NCBI GenBank assembly: GCA_963663805.2
Contig: CAXXMR010000031.1
Coordinates: forward strand, 1 to 64,000
Reading direction: 5' to 3'
Length of the DNA stretch: 64,000 nucleotides
Origin: Sedimentisphaerales bacterium
Lineage (GTDB): Bacteria; Planctomycetota; Phycisphaerae; Sedimentisphaerales; SM23-30
The notes beneath the pieces are model-generated. The model was not told where the DNA came from, searched no databases, and worked only from the letters and a program-made list of their open reading frames with translations. Positions 12,385 through 22,465 of the stretch are shown here, in pieces. The translations under genes and the position numbers were made by a program. Positions within the stretch are counted from its first letter, which is position 1, and every line of letters starts with the position of its first letter.

Positions 12385-13230
12385 CTAAGCCTGGGCGCAT
12401 GATTTTTGGGCTTGTTCAATCCAATCTTCACGACTTAGAAAAGCCAGTAATTCGTTAACCTGCCGCGGCAAATCCTCGGCGATGCATTTTATACTTTCCA
12501 CATCCCCATTTCCAGCGGTTTCTTCGAGATTTTTCAGAGCGTCGACAATTTTAGTCGCTCCCATGGTTCTCATGGCTCCACTGAGGCGATGGGCATAAAA
12601 CTCAATTTGAGGCAAATTCTGCTGTTCAATCATTTCGGTAAGTTTATTGAGGCAGCCGGGTGTATCATCAAGTACAGCTTGAGCGATTTCCTGAATTACT
12701 TCCGGGTCATCACAGATTTCATTCAGTTCATTCCAATTAATTAATATCGCCGCAGATGAGGTAATTTCGCCAGACATCGTATTATCCTTTGTAAAATCAT
12801 TTTCAGCGTTAGTCTGGTGGTTTGGTTTGTCCAGATATTTAGTCAACACCTCCTGAAGCGTCTGAGGTCTGAGAGGCTTGGCGAGGTAGGCATCGAATCC
12901 GGCTTTCAGACATTTTTGTTCGTCCCCTTTCATGGCATTAGCGGTAAGCGCGATAATCGGGACATTATTATTTTGGCGTCGAATTTCTCGTGTGGCTTCA
13001 AATCCGTTCATTACGGGCATCTGGATGTCCATAAAAATCAGGTCGAACTTTTCATTTTTAAGTATTTCCACCGCTTTTTGGCCATTATCAACTATGGCTA
13101 TTTCCAGTTTCAACTTATTCAATAGTGCGGCAACGTATTTCTGATTGGCGGGGTTATCTTCGGCCACCAGAATCCGTTTTTTAAAATCACCGAAATCCGC
13201 AGGGTTTGAGGAAGGGGAACATTTCTGCAC
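12385..13230 (-). CDS. Receiver plus Hpt domain protein
   Basis: ILVAEDN, MDIQMPVMNG, IIALTANA, YLAKP, then Hpt AHRLSGAM; GTG start at 13230 behind an AGGAG RBS preferred over the track start. Confidence 0.85.
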   Translation of the reverse strand: MQKCSPSSNPADFGDFKKRILVAEDNPANQKYVAALLNKLKLEIAIVDNGQKAVEILKNEKFDLIFMDIQMPVMNGFEATREIRRQNNNVPIIALTANAMKGDEQKCLKAGFDAYLAKPLRPQTLQEVLTKYLDKPNHQTNAENDFTKDNTMSGEITSSAAILINWNELNEICDDPEVIQEIAQAVLDDTPGCLNKLTEMIEQQNLPQIEFYAHRLSGAMRTMGATKIVDALKNLEETAGNGDVESIKCIAEDLPRQVNELLAFLSREDWIEQAQKSCAQA

Positions 13231-13311
13231 AGTTTTTTCTCCTAAGCCAGATAAAAAGGCATAAGGCACAAGTAAACGACGTGGTTTCGGCCATTGGCCG
13301 AGATTTTTCAA

Positions 13312-13902
13312 TCAATGACCACCGGCAGAGCCGGTGGTATGAGGAAGGCCCCTAAAAGGGGCCATTACAGTTAGTCTAATCCTTTTTCAATATTTTGCTC
13401 ATGCTTGTCCTGATCTTGAATGTACTTACGAATATGGGCTTCATCAAGACCAACGGTACTTACACAATAACCGCGAGACCAAAAACTGCGGCCAAAGAGA
13501 GTGCCTTTGGTACGCATCAGATCACGAGAAATCCGGATGGCACTTTTACCTTTGAGATAACCGATGGTCATAGCGATGCTGTACTTGGGCGGAACGCTCA
13601 GGAGCATATGAATATGGTCTGCCATGGCGTTACCTTCTATAAGCTCTATCCCATATTGGCGGCACAATTCTCGCAATATCGCACCTATTTCCTTTCGCAA
13701 CTTACCAAATATTGCTTTGCGACGATATTTGGGTACAATAACAACATGATACTTACAGTCCCATTTTACATGGGCCTGACTCTGCCAGTCTTTCATAGTG
13801 TCCTCCTTGACCCCAGGAGCCTTCCTCAAGGAGGACCATTGTAACGCACTTAACGGCAGAGCCTTATAAATTCTCACCGGCAGAGCCGGTGGATTAGCTT
13901 GG
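13312..13902 (-). mobile_element. IS200/IS605-family element (tnpA only); ends approximate
   Basis: CACCGGCAGAGCCGGTG hairpin at both ends (~13319-13337 and ~13875-13892) around a Y1 transposase. Confidence 0.9.
13371..13796 (-). CDS. tnpA: IS200-type Y1/HUH transposase
   Basis: KYHVVIVPKYRR, DHIHML (HUH), LKGKS, FWSRGY, KYIQDQ; AGGAGG RBS before ATG 13796. Confidence 0.95.
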   Translation of the reverse strand: MKDWQSQAHVKWDCKYHVVIVPKYRRKAIFGKLRKEIGAILRELCRQYGIELIEGNAMADHIHMLLSVPPKYSIAMTIGYLKGKSAIRISRDLMRTKGTLFGRSFWSRGYCVSTVGLDEAHIRKYIQDQDKHEQNIEKGLD

Positions 13903-14162
13903 ATTTAGCGGCAACGTTACGGCTTACGTGCGCGGCCCTGATAAATTATTGCCATTTTGTATAAAATTTCACTTGTAAGCGACTAAACAATATTAACCCG
14001 GCAATCCTTCTTTTTATCGTCCAACCGCAACATGTCCCTCCATATTTACGCCAAGGTTCTTATCCTCTCCCTCTGCTTTCTGTCACCCGTTTCTTTGCTT
14101 TTTTATGTAAAGTTTAGTTTTTCAGGAGAATGTTTGTCAATAGTCCCGTTTGGGGGGCGCAC

Positions 14163-14226
14163 AAAAAATGGCCGGGGCCTCTGGACAGGTAAGACTAACA
14201 AAATCTTCCTGACAGAGGCCCAGGCC
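14163..14226 (-). terminator. Long terminator hairpin ~230 nt downstream of flagellin 1
   Basis: GGCC-TGGGCCTCTG...CAGAGGCCC-CGGCC followed by ATTTTTT on the minus strand. Confidence 0.75.
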
Positions 14227-14457
14227 TGCGCTATTTCAGCCGGGTCAACAGGTTAATTCGTAACTCCGCGATCATCCTGCAGGGTCCGACTGTGGACAAG
14301 GCCCACCGGTTAAGGTGAGCCAAGCCCCTTAAGGTTCACTGCCAGGCGTGATCGCCGGCTATCCTGAGCAATCCTCACGAAGCGAGCCGATCAACCAGGT
14401 TCCGCACAATCCTGGCTGTTCAGGTTAGTCCGCTGGTGAGACTCGCTCAGGAGCCGA

Positions 14458-15915
14458 CTAGCCTAACAGCGCCAGGACGCTCTGCGGCAACGAATTCGCC
14501 ATAGACAGAATCGAGGTATTAGCTTGTACTAATATCTGAGATCGTGTCATGGCTGCGGTTTCAGTGGCGAAGTCAGCATCACGAATCGCAGATTCAGAAG
14601 CTGTTACGTTCTCCAAAGAAATCTTAAGACTGTTGATATTGGTCTCCAGTACGTTCTTCTGGAAAGCACCGAGACGACCACGTAGTGTACTTATATTCAA
14701 GATAGCGTCATCAACAATTCTCTGGGCGGTGTAGAGATTATCGCCCGAAAGTGCATTAGTAGCACCACTCTTTAGAGTATTGAGATGTCCATCTGTATTA
14801 TTTCCTAACTGACTGGGCGCGACGTTCATAATGCCGATGGATTCCAGTCCGACCGCATCAACCCTTGAGCCAATGGCAAAGTTTGCCCCGCCACCGGTGA
14901 CATAGAAGGTTGAGGTAGCCGTGGTGGACATCGCCGCTGCGGCAGTAAGGTCAATTTCGGCATCCAGCATCGTAGTACGTATAGTCAACTTTTTGCCATT
15001 GGCAGTTGCCTGGGTACCATTTACCGAAGCGACCGCGTTGACACCATAGTCCTTTGCGGAAGCGGAATTGCTGGCGTTGTCCTTATTCAAGACAAATGTA
15101 TCGTTGGTAGCATCGTCCTGCCCAGCCAAAATTGATACGCTGGTATAGGCATCTGTACCGAAATCGACACTGGCCAACTTTAGAGTCGTGCCATTGCTGG
15201 ACAACGTAGCCGAAATACCGGTGACTTCCTTGACGGAATTGATACTCTGGCGTACGTTGGCAACGGTAGAAGCCGCAGCGAAAGTCAATTCTGTATTACC
15301 GCGGTTAGAGCCAATCTGGATGGTCATATCGGCGGTACTAAGTGTCGCACCACTGAAGAATGCCATGCCGGTCTGGGCACTGGTAACCATGGCCAGGTCG
15401 ACCTGCATCACCGCCCCGTCAATCAGCTTGGCGGCATTGATACGTGCCTCGGTAATGTCGGTAGAATCGACATCACTAAGGTTGTAGGCCTTGTTACCGT
15501 TGAGGAGTTTCATGCCTTCAAACTCGGTAGCGTTAGCGATACGCTGAATACTGTTAATCGCGGAGTCTACCTGGAGCTGGTTAGCGTCAACTTCTTCATC
15601 GGACAAGGCACCCGTATTCGCCGTCGTCACCAGAAGACCCTTGATGTCAATCAAGAGCGCGGAGATTTCGTTCAGGGCACCTTCTGCTGTCGCGATCACG
15701 TTCGAGGCGCGGGTCGAGTTATCGATACCCGCCTTGAGCCCGGCCATTTCTGACCGGAGCACTTCCGAAGCGATCAAACCAGCAGGGTCGTCCTTACCGG
15801 TGTTGATTCTTAGACCGGAAGATAGGCGTTCCAGCCTGGTGCTCAAGTCTGTGTTGTTTGCGACCAGTTTATTGATCGCATTCATAGAAGCTATGTTCGT
15901 GTTGATACGTGACAT
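14458..15915 (-). CDS. fliC: Flagellin
   Basis: MSRINTNIAS, RLSSGLRINTGKDDPAGL; C-terminal RGRLGAFQ, SAIRDADFATE, LPQSVLALLG. Confidence 0.95.
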   Translation of the reverse strand: MSRINTNIASMNAINKLVANNTDLSTRLERLSSGLRINTGKDDPAGLIASEVLRSEMAGLKAGIDNSTRASNVIATAEGALNEISALLIDIKGLLVTTANTGALSDEEVDANQLQVDSAINSIQRIANATEFEGMKLLNGNKAYNLSDVDSTDITEARINAAKLIDGAVMQVDLAMVTSAQTGMAFFSGATLSTADMTIQIGSNRGNTELTFAAASTVANVRQSINSVKEVTGISATLSSNGTTLKLASVDFGTDAYTSVSILAGQDDATNDTFVLNKDNASNSASAKDYGVNAVASVNGTQATANGKKLTIRTTMLDAEIDLTAAAAMSTTATSTFYVTGGGANFAIGSRVDAVGLESIGIMNVAPSQLGNNTDGHLNTLKSGATNALSGDNLYTAQRIVDDAILNISTLRGRLGAFQKNVLETNINSLKISLENVTASESAIRDADFATETAAMTRSQILVQANTSILSMANSLPQSVLALLG

Positions 15916-16455
15916 GGCTTATCCTCCATGACAAGGGAGCGAGAGCGTCTCGCCCACAGTTCCTGATCGTCACCATTTGCGTCCTGGCCGATTCAGGAAC
16001 ATTCCACCAGTCCTTCCTCGAAAAGCTTTAGTTTCTCAAGGTCACTCGGGCAGCGTGAAATCACGCGATTCCACCGTCCTGGGCCACCAAAGTGAGGACC
16101 GTACAACAAGTTTGAATTTGCGAGTTACTGCTTATTTCAAACTAACGCGGTACAACTATTCAATTGTAAAGATCGTGAAGGATGCTATTCGGGTTCCACC
16201 GTCAGGTAGACATCCAAAACCGAGAGACCTCGGCGTGCTGCCATTGCGACAGCTAGCATATGAAAGGCTCGCAACTCCGTTGCAAATTCCGTTTCAACAA
16301 ACCGGTTTTTTTTGAGTAAGGCTAATTTGCCCAATTGCCTTTACTCGCCGGCCAACTCATCCTTGAGTCTTCTTGCGACTCTGCAACTCTCGAAACTTTT
16401 ACCAAAGCAACCCGGAATTGTCTTTTGGTTTCTTGTCTCGCTCGTTGCTGTATGA

Positions 16456-16483
16456 TTTTCGTCATGATTTAAAAAAAACTTTA
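16456..16483 (-). promoter_or_regulatory. Sigma28 (FliA/SigD)-like promoter of flagellin 1
   Basis: Minus strand TAAA(GTTT)-N16-GACGAAAA versus consensus TAAA-N15/16-GCCGATAA, ~540 nt upstream of the ATG. Confidence 0.6.
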
Positions 16484-16889
16484 GTGAGGGCGATAATATT
16501 TTAAAAAATGCCCATATAGGACCAAAAGAGAGTTGTTATGGGACGTTTCGAGCTCTTAGGGGCGATAATTGCAAGAGTTATCGGACAGTTCGGGATTGTT
16601 AGTATCAGCCCGGAATCAAGTTTTTCCATCGTAAATTCCAACATTTTTATAATTTTTTTTTACGACTGAAAACTAACTGACACCATTTTTCACCGCATCA
16701 ACGTTACTGTTCAATGGATGCCGCAACCTTGGCAGGCCCAGTTTATCAATCCCCTTCCTCTAAAGAGGTTCCGATCTCAGCTTGAATATCCTCCATTTAT
16801 GCTTATAATCCAGGGAGCACCGGATTAAGTTTCGTGAATCGACATTTTTGAGCAACTTTGCTAATATTAACCCGCAGTGGAGCAACAAT

Positions 16890-17273
16890 ATGGAACTGAG
16901 TAAATATTTTGGGGAGGCTAAGGGTAGCGGCATTCTCGCTACGGCGGATTCTGAGGGGAAAGTTGATGTAGCGGTCTATGCCCGGCCCCATTTTCTGGAC
17001 GACGGGTCATTAGCTTTTATCATGCGGGACCGGCTGAGCTATCAGAATCTCCAATCAAACCCTCAGGCGGCTTATATGTTCATTGAGGACAAACCCGGCC
17101 ATGCGGGTCTGAGAATCTACCTTAAAAAGACTAAAGAGGATTCTGACCCGGAAATAATTGATAGGGTTCGGCGAAGTTGTTCAGCCCATCATCAGAAACA
17201 CGGCGAAGAGCAATGCTTTCTCGTTCATTTTTCGATTGAAAAGACCCGCCCTCTCGTAGGCGATAATTTTTGA
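16890..17273 (+). CDS. Pyridoxamine 5'-phosphate oxidase-like FMN-binding protein
   Basis: GILATADSEGKVDVAVYARPH, YQNLQSNP; GGAG RBS before ATG 16890. Confidence 0.8.
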   Translation: MELSKYFGEAKGSGILATADSEGKVDVAVYARPHFLDDGSLAFIMRDRLSYQNLQSNPQAAYMFIEDKPGHAGLRIYLKKTKEDSDPEIIDRVRRSCSAHHQKHGEEQCFLVHFSIEKTRPLVGDNF

Positions 17274-17283
17274 GACACAAATC

Positions 17284-17736
17284 ATGCAAGAGCAAATTCA
17301 GGAAATTCTGCGGAATATCTTTTCAACTCAACCCTTAATGGTTCTTTGCACGAGCACTGAGGGGCGACCTTATACAAATCTGGTTGCTTTTGCTCACAGC
17401 GAGGATTTGAGGCAGATAATATTTGCGACATTTTCCAACTCCCAGAAATATCGCAATCTGAGCCGGGACAATCGAGTTTCTTTACTGATAGACGACCGGG
17501 GCAATACTCCGGCGGATTTTTCCGAGGCCACTGCCATCACGGCATTGGGGACGGCTTGTCCGGTTCCGAAAAAAGCGTCCAGCCCCCTGGGACAGATATA
17601 TCTCAAGAAGCATCCTCAGCTTCAGGATTTTCTTAATTCTCCGAATTGTCAGCTCATCCGGGTTGTAATCGACAAATACTGTGTGGTAACTCGTTTTCAA
17701 CAAGTAGTAGAACTTTGTCCCCAAAACGAAGACTGA
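17284..17736 (+). CDS. Pyridoxamine 5'-phosphate oxidase-like protein
   Basis: VLCTSTEGRPYTNLVAF, SQKYRNL...RVSLLID. Confidence 0.8.
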   Translation: MQEQIQEILRNIFSTQPLMVLCTSTEGRPYTNLVAFAHSEDLRQIIFATFSNSQKYRNLSRDNRVSLLIDDRGNTPADFSEATAITALGTACPVPKKASSPLGQIYLKKHPQLQDFLNSPNCQLIRVVIDKYCVVTRFQQVVELCPQNED

Positions 17737-17738
17737 AT

Positions 17739-19094
17739 ATGATTCAGCCCGAACGCATCCAGAAGCTCAATCACAAAACCGTTCAGGCCGGTTCGTTTGT
17801 CGCTTACTGGATGCAGGCATCGCAGCGGGCTCATTATAATCACGCTTTGGAATACGCGATTCAGCGGGCCAATGAACTTTATCAGCCGTTAATGGTTTTT
17901 TTCGCTTTGACGGATGATTATCCCGCGGCGAACCTGCGTCATTATTGTTTTATGCTTGAGGGGCTGCGGGAAACTCAAATTGAACTTAAAAAACGTCGGA
18001 TACCCCTGATAATCATCCACGAATCACCCGTGAACGCGGTACGCAAATTTGCAGATTCGGCATCCTTGATTGTGACCGACCGGGGCTATCTGAATATTCA
18101 AAGGCAGTGGCGTAAAAGAGTTGCTCAACCTTTGCGCTGCGCCCTTTTCCAGGTTGAAAGTGATGCGATCGTCCCGGTCAATCAGGTTTCCAACAAGGAA
18201 GAATACGCGGCCCGGACGATCCGGCCCAAAATTCATAAGCTGCTTTCTGAGTACCTCAAACCCCTGAATACCGCTAAAATAAAAAAACCAGCCTCAAACA
18301 TTAAATACCGTTCATTTGATTTATCTGATATTGACAAGGCTCTTTCCCGGCTCAGGGTGGACAGGTCTGTCGGTCCGGTAAAGTCGTATATCGGCGGCAG
18401 TTCTGAAGCAAAAAAACGTCTGCGAAATTTTATTAAAACCAGACTCGAACATTACGGAGAGAAACGAAACGATCCAGCTATCGAGGGCACTTCGGGGCTT
18501 AGTCCTTATTTACATTTTGGGCAGATTTCGCCGCTTTATATCGCTTTGGAAATATCAAAAAGTGAATTGCCCGACGGGGAAGTTTTTCTGGAGGAGCTGA
18601 TTGTGCGTCGGGAGCTATCGTTGAATTTTTGTGAATTCACTGAAAAATATAACAAATACAATTCACTGCCCGGGTGGGTTCGGGCAACACTAAGGCAACA
18701 TTCTCAGGATAAGCGTCCCTATATTTACACGGTCGAACAACTCGAGGCAGGCAAGACCCATGACGACTGCTGGAACGCGGCTCAACTGGAAATGGTTCAT
18801 ACCGGCAAGATGCACGGTTATATGCGTATGTACTGGGGCAAAAAAATCCTGGAATGGTCTCCTACCCCGCAAAAGGCCTTCAAAATCGCGATTTACCTGA
18901 ATGACAAATATCAACTGGATGGTCGCGACCCGAACAGTTACGCGGGAGTGGCGTGGTGTTTCGGCAAGCATGACAGGCCCTGGCAAAAACGACTTATATT
19001 TGGGACAGTCAGATATATGAATGAGGCAGGATTGAAAAGAAAATTCAAGCTAGAGAAATATATTAAGAAAGTTAATCGACTTATAACGCCTTAG
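17739..19094 (+). CDS. phr: Class II CPD DNA photolyase
   Basis: YWMQASQRAHYNHALEYA, SGLSPYLHFGQIS, EELIVRRELS, GKMHGYMRMYWGKK, DGRDPNSY. Confidence 0.93.
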   Translation: MIQPERIQKLNHKTVQAGSFVAYWMQASQRAHYNHALEYAIQRANELYQPLMVFFALTDDYPAANLRHYCFMLEGLRETQIELKKRRIPLIIIHESPVNAVRKFADSASLIVTDRGYLNIQRQWRKRVAQPLRCALFQVESDAIVPVNQVSNKEEYAARTIRPKIHKLLSEYLKPLNTAKIKKPASNIKYRSFDLSDIDKALSRLRVDRSVGPVKSYIGGSSEAKKRLRNFIKTRLEHYGEKRNDPAIEGTSGLSPYLHFGQISPLYIALEISKSELPDGEVFLEELIVRRELSLNFCEFTEKYNKYNSLPGWVRATLRQHSQDKRPYIYTVEQLEAGKTHDDCWNAAQLEMVHTGKMHGYMRMYWGKKILEWSPTPQKAFKIAIYLNDKYQLDGRDPNSYAGVAWCFGKHDRPWQKRLIFGTVRYMNEAGLKRKFKLEKYIKKVNRLITP

Positions 19095-19109
19095 AAAATC
19101 GGAATAGTC

Positions 19110-19994
19110 ATGGCTGACAGACGAATCATTATTGCTGGCGGAACGGGCTTGATCGGCTCGGCTTTATGTGAATTTCTCGTCCACCAGGGTTGGTCCGTCG
19201 GCGTTATTTCACGTAAAGCCAAGGCTGATTGTCCGGGGATGGTATTTAATTATGAGGATTTGCCGGGGTGTCTGGAGAACAGTTACGCTTTAATAAATCT
19301 GGCGGGTGAAAATCTGGCTAACGGCCGCTGGAGTAAAGCAAGAAAACAGCATTTCGCTGCCAGTCGGGTGGAAACCACCCACCAACTCGTCAATGCCCTC
19401 AAACAAACCGTCACGCCCCCCCGCTTGCTGATTCAGGCGTCGGCGGTTGGTTATTACGGTTCGCGGGCAGATGAATTACTGCATGAAGAATCAGCGGCAG
19501 GTGAGGGGTTTCTGGCAGAACTGGCGCGGGAATGGGAAGCGTCCGCCGCTGACTCACCTGTCCCTACTTCTATCATTCGTATCGGGGTGGTGCTAAGCTG
19601 CCGCGGGGGTATGCTGAGCAAGATTTTGCCGCTGTTCAAGTATGGCCTGGGCGGAGCATGGGGGCCGGGCAATCAATATCTCAGCTGGATACACCTGCAC
19701 GACCTGTGCCGAGCCTGTGAATTTCTGCTGGATAATCCACATCCAAACGGCATATTCAACCTGACAGGGCCGCATCCTGTTACGGTTAAGGAATTCTGCC
19801 AGGCTCTCTCTCAGACCCTCCACAGGCCCAATTTCTGCCGAATACCGGCAAGGCTGCTGAAAACGGCACAGGGCCAAATGGCTGACGAGCTATTACTGAC
19901 CAGCCAAAAAGCCCTGCCGAAACGATTGCAAAAATCCGGGTTCACATTCCAGTATCCCACCCTCTCCGAGGCATTTGCGAATCTTCTGGAATAA
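19110..19994 (+). CDS. TIGR01777-family (YfcH-like) NAD(P)-binding epimerase/oxidoreductase
   Basis: GGTGLIG, INLAGENL..RW, ASAVGYYG, SWIHLHD, LLLTSQKALP. Confidence 0.9.
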   Translation: MADRRIIIAGGTGLIGSALCEFLVHQGWSVGVISRKAKADCPGMVFNYEDLPGCLENSYALINLAGENLANGRWSKARKQHFAASRVETTHQLVNALKQTVTPPRLLIQASAVGYYGSRADELLHEESAAGEGFLAELAREWEASAADSPVPTSIIRIGVVLSCRGGMLSKILPLFKYGLGGAWGPGNQYLSWIHLHDLCRACEFLLDNPHPNGIFNLTGPHPVTVKEFCQALSQTLHRPNFCRIPARLLKTAQGQMADELLLTSQKALPKRLQKSGFTFQYPTLSEAFANLLE

Positions 19995-20003
19995 TGTATT
20001 AAC

Positions 20004-20905
20004 TTAACGATAATCCTCGGTGATATACAATGAAATATAAGATACTGACGGCAACAGGACACGATTAAAATCTAACGAGTTGCATCTCTCAACTCTGCCA
20101 TCAACGTAACCGGCATTCACGTCAATATCAGGCATTGTCTCGCTCGGGTCCAGAACACTGTAATAAATATCAGGGCCGCTAACGTTCATACTATCCACAA
20201 CAGTTGCTTTTTGGGCCCCATCAAACCTATGCGTACTCCTCCAGGAGTTTAGCAAATCACTTTCACTCCAAAACAGGCCGTCCTGAACAATCAGTTTATC
20301 ACGGTCGGCATCTGTGTTCGGTCCTTTGAAACGAACATTTTTGGTATTGCCGTTTGCGCCATCGTTATTCTTGGCGTTATCGAAGCCCTGATAGCTCCAG
20401 AGCAAGAAATAGGAGCAATCCATGAAAGCCCTCTCGCCATTCTTATACAGTTCCTGATAGGTCTGATTCAGACCAGTGACACTATTCTTCAACATCATAT
20501 CAGGCGCATAGGGAGAGGCTGGACAGTTGTAAACCGCTACTGTAGGCAGATAACTTTCGAGAATTCCGCCGAGATACGCCCCGCCGAAACCAGGCCCACC
20601 GGTACCGCTATACCCAAAGGAATGGTAATTTAAACGGGTCGGACGGGACCAAAAATCCGTCGCTTCGGAAAATCGTTGCCGTTCGCATCAAAACCTGCGA
20701 CATTGGGCGGCATTTTTCCTTTATTGTCAGCGGCGTAGGTCTGCACACCAATAATTAACTGATGCTGATTACTGGCACAAACTACGAGCTTGGCCATCTC
20801 GCGGGCGCTGCCCATAGCGGGCAGGAGGATACTGACCAGCAAAGCGATAATCGCGACTACTACCAATAACTCAACCAGCGTGAAACCTCGGACTTTCCTG
20901 CCCAT
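20004..20905 (-). pseudogene. Prepilin-type N-terminal cleavage/methylation (DUF1559-like) protein split by one frameshift near 20670
   Basis: GFTLVELLVVVAIIALLVSILLPA..ARE..K...CASN; adding one T to the TTTT run joins it to ...VYNCPAS... and NAGYVDGRV. Confidence 0.8.
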
Positions 20906-21280
20906 CTTAATTACCTCCGAATATTTGCACCAAAAAACAGAACTACCTCGACGAATAACTCTATTTGGAGAATACACTTTTCAAAATGAAATGTCAACAT
21001 CTTTTGAACATACTGATTATAAATTTCCCTAAAATTGTATAATCATCCTGCTGGAACAGCATTATTTTACCAAGCCGCCTGAACCACTCCAAAACATCAA
21101 AGATACGCGATAAAGACCAACCCCCTAATACTTTACACTTCTGAAACAAAGAAAACTTCTCAGAAAAATGAACAGAAACCCCACAGATAAAATAATTATC
21201 TGAAACTATTGTCCATAATAATAATGCAAAAAAACAGCGAATTTTCCCCACCAATAAGTAACAGGGCGGCCCAACTATGT

Positions 21281-22465
21281 TTAACGAACGGTTTTGGCCC
21301 AGGTGACGCGTTGTCTTTTACGAATGAAACGGGTCAGGCCTATCATGATGGCCAGGTTCATAGTCAGGAAATAGCGGGGCAGGACCAGTATTTTGAAAGC
21401 TCCGCTGAGGTTCGGCAAAGCAGCGCCCAATGTGGCCCCGATATAGAACAGGCCTTGCATAATCAGGGTGGCTCCGTAGAATGGTTCGCCGACCAGCATT
21501 ACATTGGCGGCGAGCATACCCAGCAGGAAAAAGGGCACTAGCCAGCGGAGCAGTTTGTGGCTGACAAAGGCGAAACTTACCCATCCGCAAGCGGGGTTCA
21601 AGATTTGCGGGACCAGAAACAGGCTCTGGAAATTTCCGGCACTGATGCGAATCCGTCGTTTGAGTTCGCCGGCCCAGTTGGAGACATGCTCATAAGCAAG
21701 AGCGCCTTCGGCCTGAACACAACGCCGACCGCGTGACATGATTTTCATGCCGAGGACCTGGTCTTCGGTGACAGTATGGCTGGGCAGATTGACATAAAGC
21801 TCGCGGCGAATCGCGAAAATTCCGCCGTTTATCGACGAGACCACACCGAGCATACTCTCCAGCTTCTTGATATGATTTTCGTAGCGCCAGTACATGCCCT
21901 CCGGGGCACAAGTGTGCTCATCGGAGGGGTCGGGGGTGAGGACCAGCTTGCCGATTACGCAACCAACGCGTTTGTCGCGGAATTTGCATACCAGTTCGCG
22001 GATGGCGTTGGGCATATACATGGTGTTGGCATCAGAGAAGATTACAATATCACTCTTGGTCCGGGGCAGCAGGGTGTTGAGCATTTTGACTTTGCCGCCG
22101 CGGTCAGGATTGACCAGGGTGACAAAACGACTGTCTTTGACGCTGTCGAGTATGCGTCCGGTCTGGTCGTCGGAACCATCGGAGCCTATCAGGAAAGTGA
22201 TTTTGCTGTGCGGATAGTCGAGCAGGCGGCAGTTGGCGAGTTTTTCTTCGAGTGTTTTTTCTTCGTTATAAGCACTGATAACCATCGTGACGGTGGGCAG
22301 ATTCACATCTGACAGTTCGTCGGTCGGCAAATCATTTTTACGTATCCGACGGCGACAATGGGCTACTGCCAGCAGCCCCAGCGGATACAAAAAATAAGTA
22401 TAAACGGTAGCGGTAAAGCTCAGCCAAAATACGATTCTAAGGGTCGTGGGGGCCAGGAGGTTCAT
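21281..22465 (-). CDS. Family 2 glycosyltransferase (processive type, membrane-bound)
   Basis: SAYNEE, SDGSDD, FSDANT, TEDQ, RRIRI and TM helices. Confidence 0.9.
   Translation of the reverse strand: MNLLAPTTLRIVFWLSFTATVYTYFLYPLGLLAVAHCRRRIRKNDLPTDELSDVNLPTVTMVISAYNEEKTLEEKLANCRLLDYPHSKITFLIGSDGSDDQTGRILDSVKDSRFVTLVNPDRGGKVKMLNTLLPRTKSDIVIFSDANTMYMPNAIRELVCKFRDKRVGCVIGKLVLTPDPSDEHTCAPEGMYWRYENHIKKLESMLGVVSSINGGIFAIRRELYVNLPSHTVTEDQVLGMKIMSRGRRCVQAEGALAYEHVSNWAGELKRRIRISAGNFQSLFLVPQILNPACGWVSFAFVSHKLLRWLVPFFLLGMLAANVMLVGEPFYGATLIMQGLFYIGATLGAALPNLSGAFKILVLPRYFLTMNLAIMIGLTRFIRKRQRVTWAKTVR

Noticed and set aside
13900..13960. Possible riboswitch upstream of the IS200 (GGCAA...TTGCC pairing on the minus strand)
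   Set aside because: Single short helix with no recognisable aptamer core
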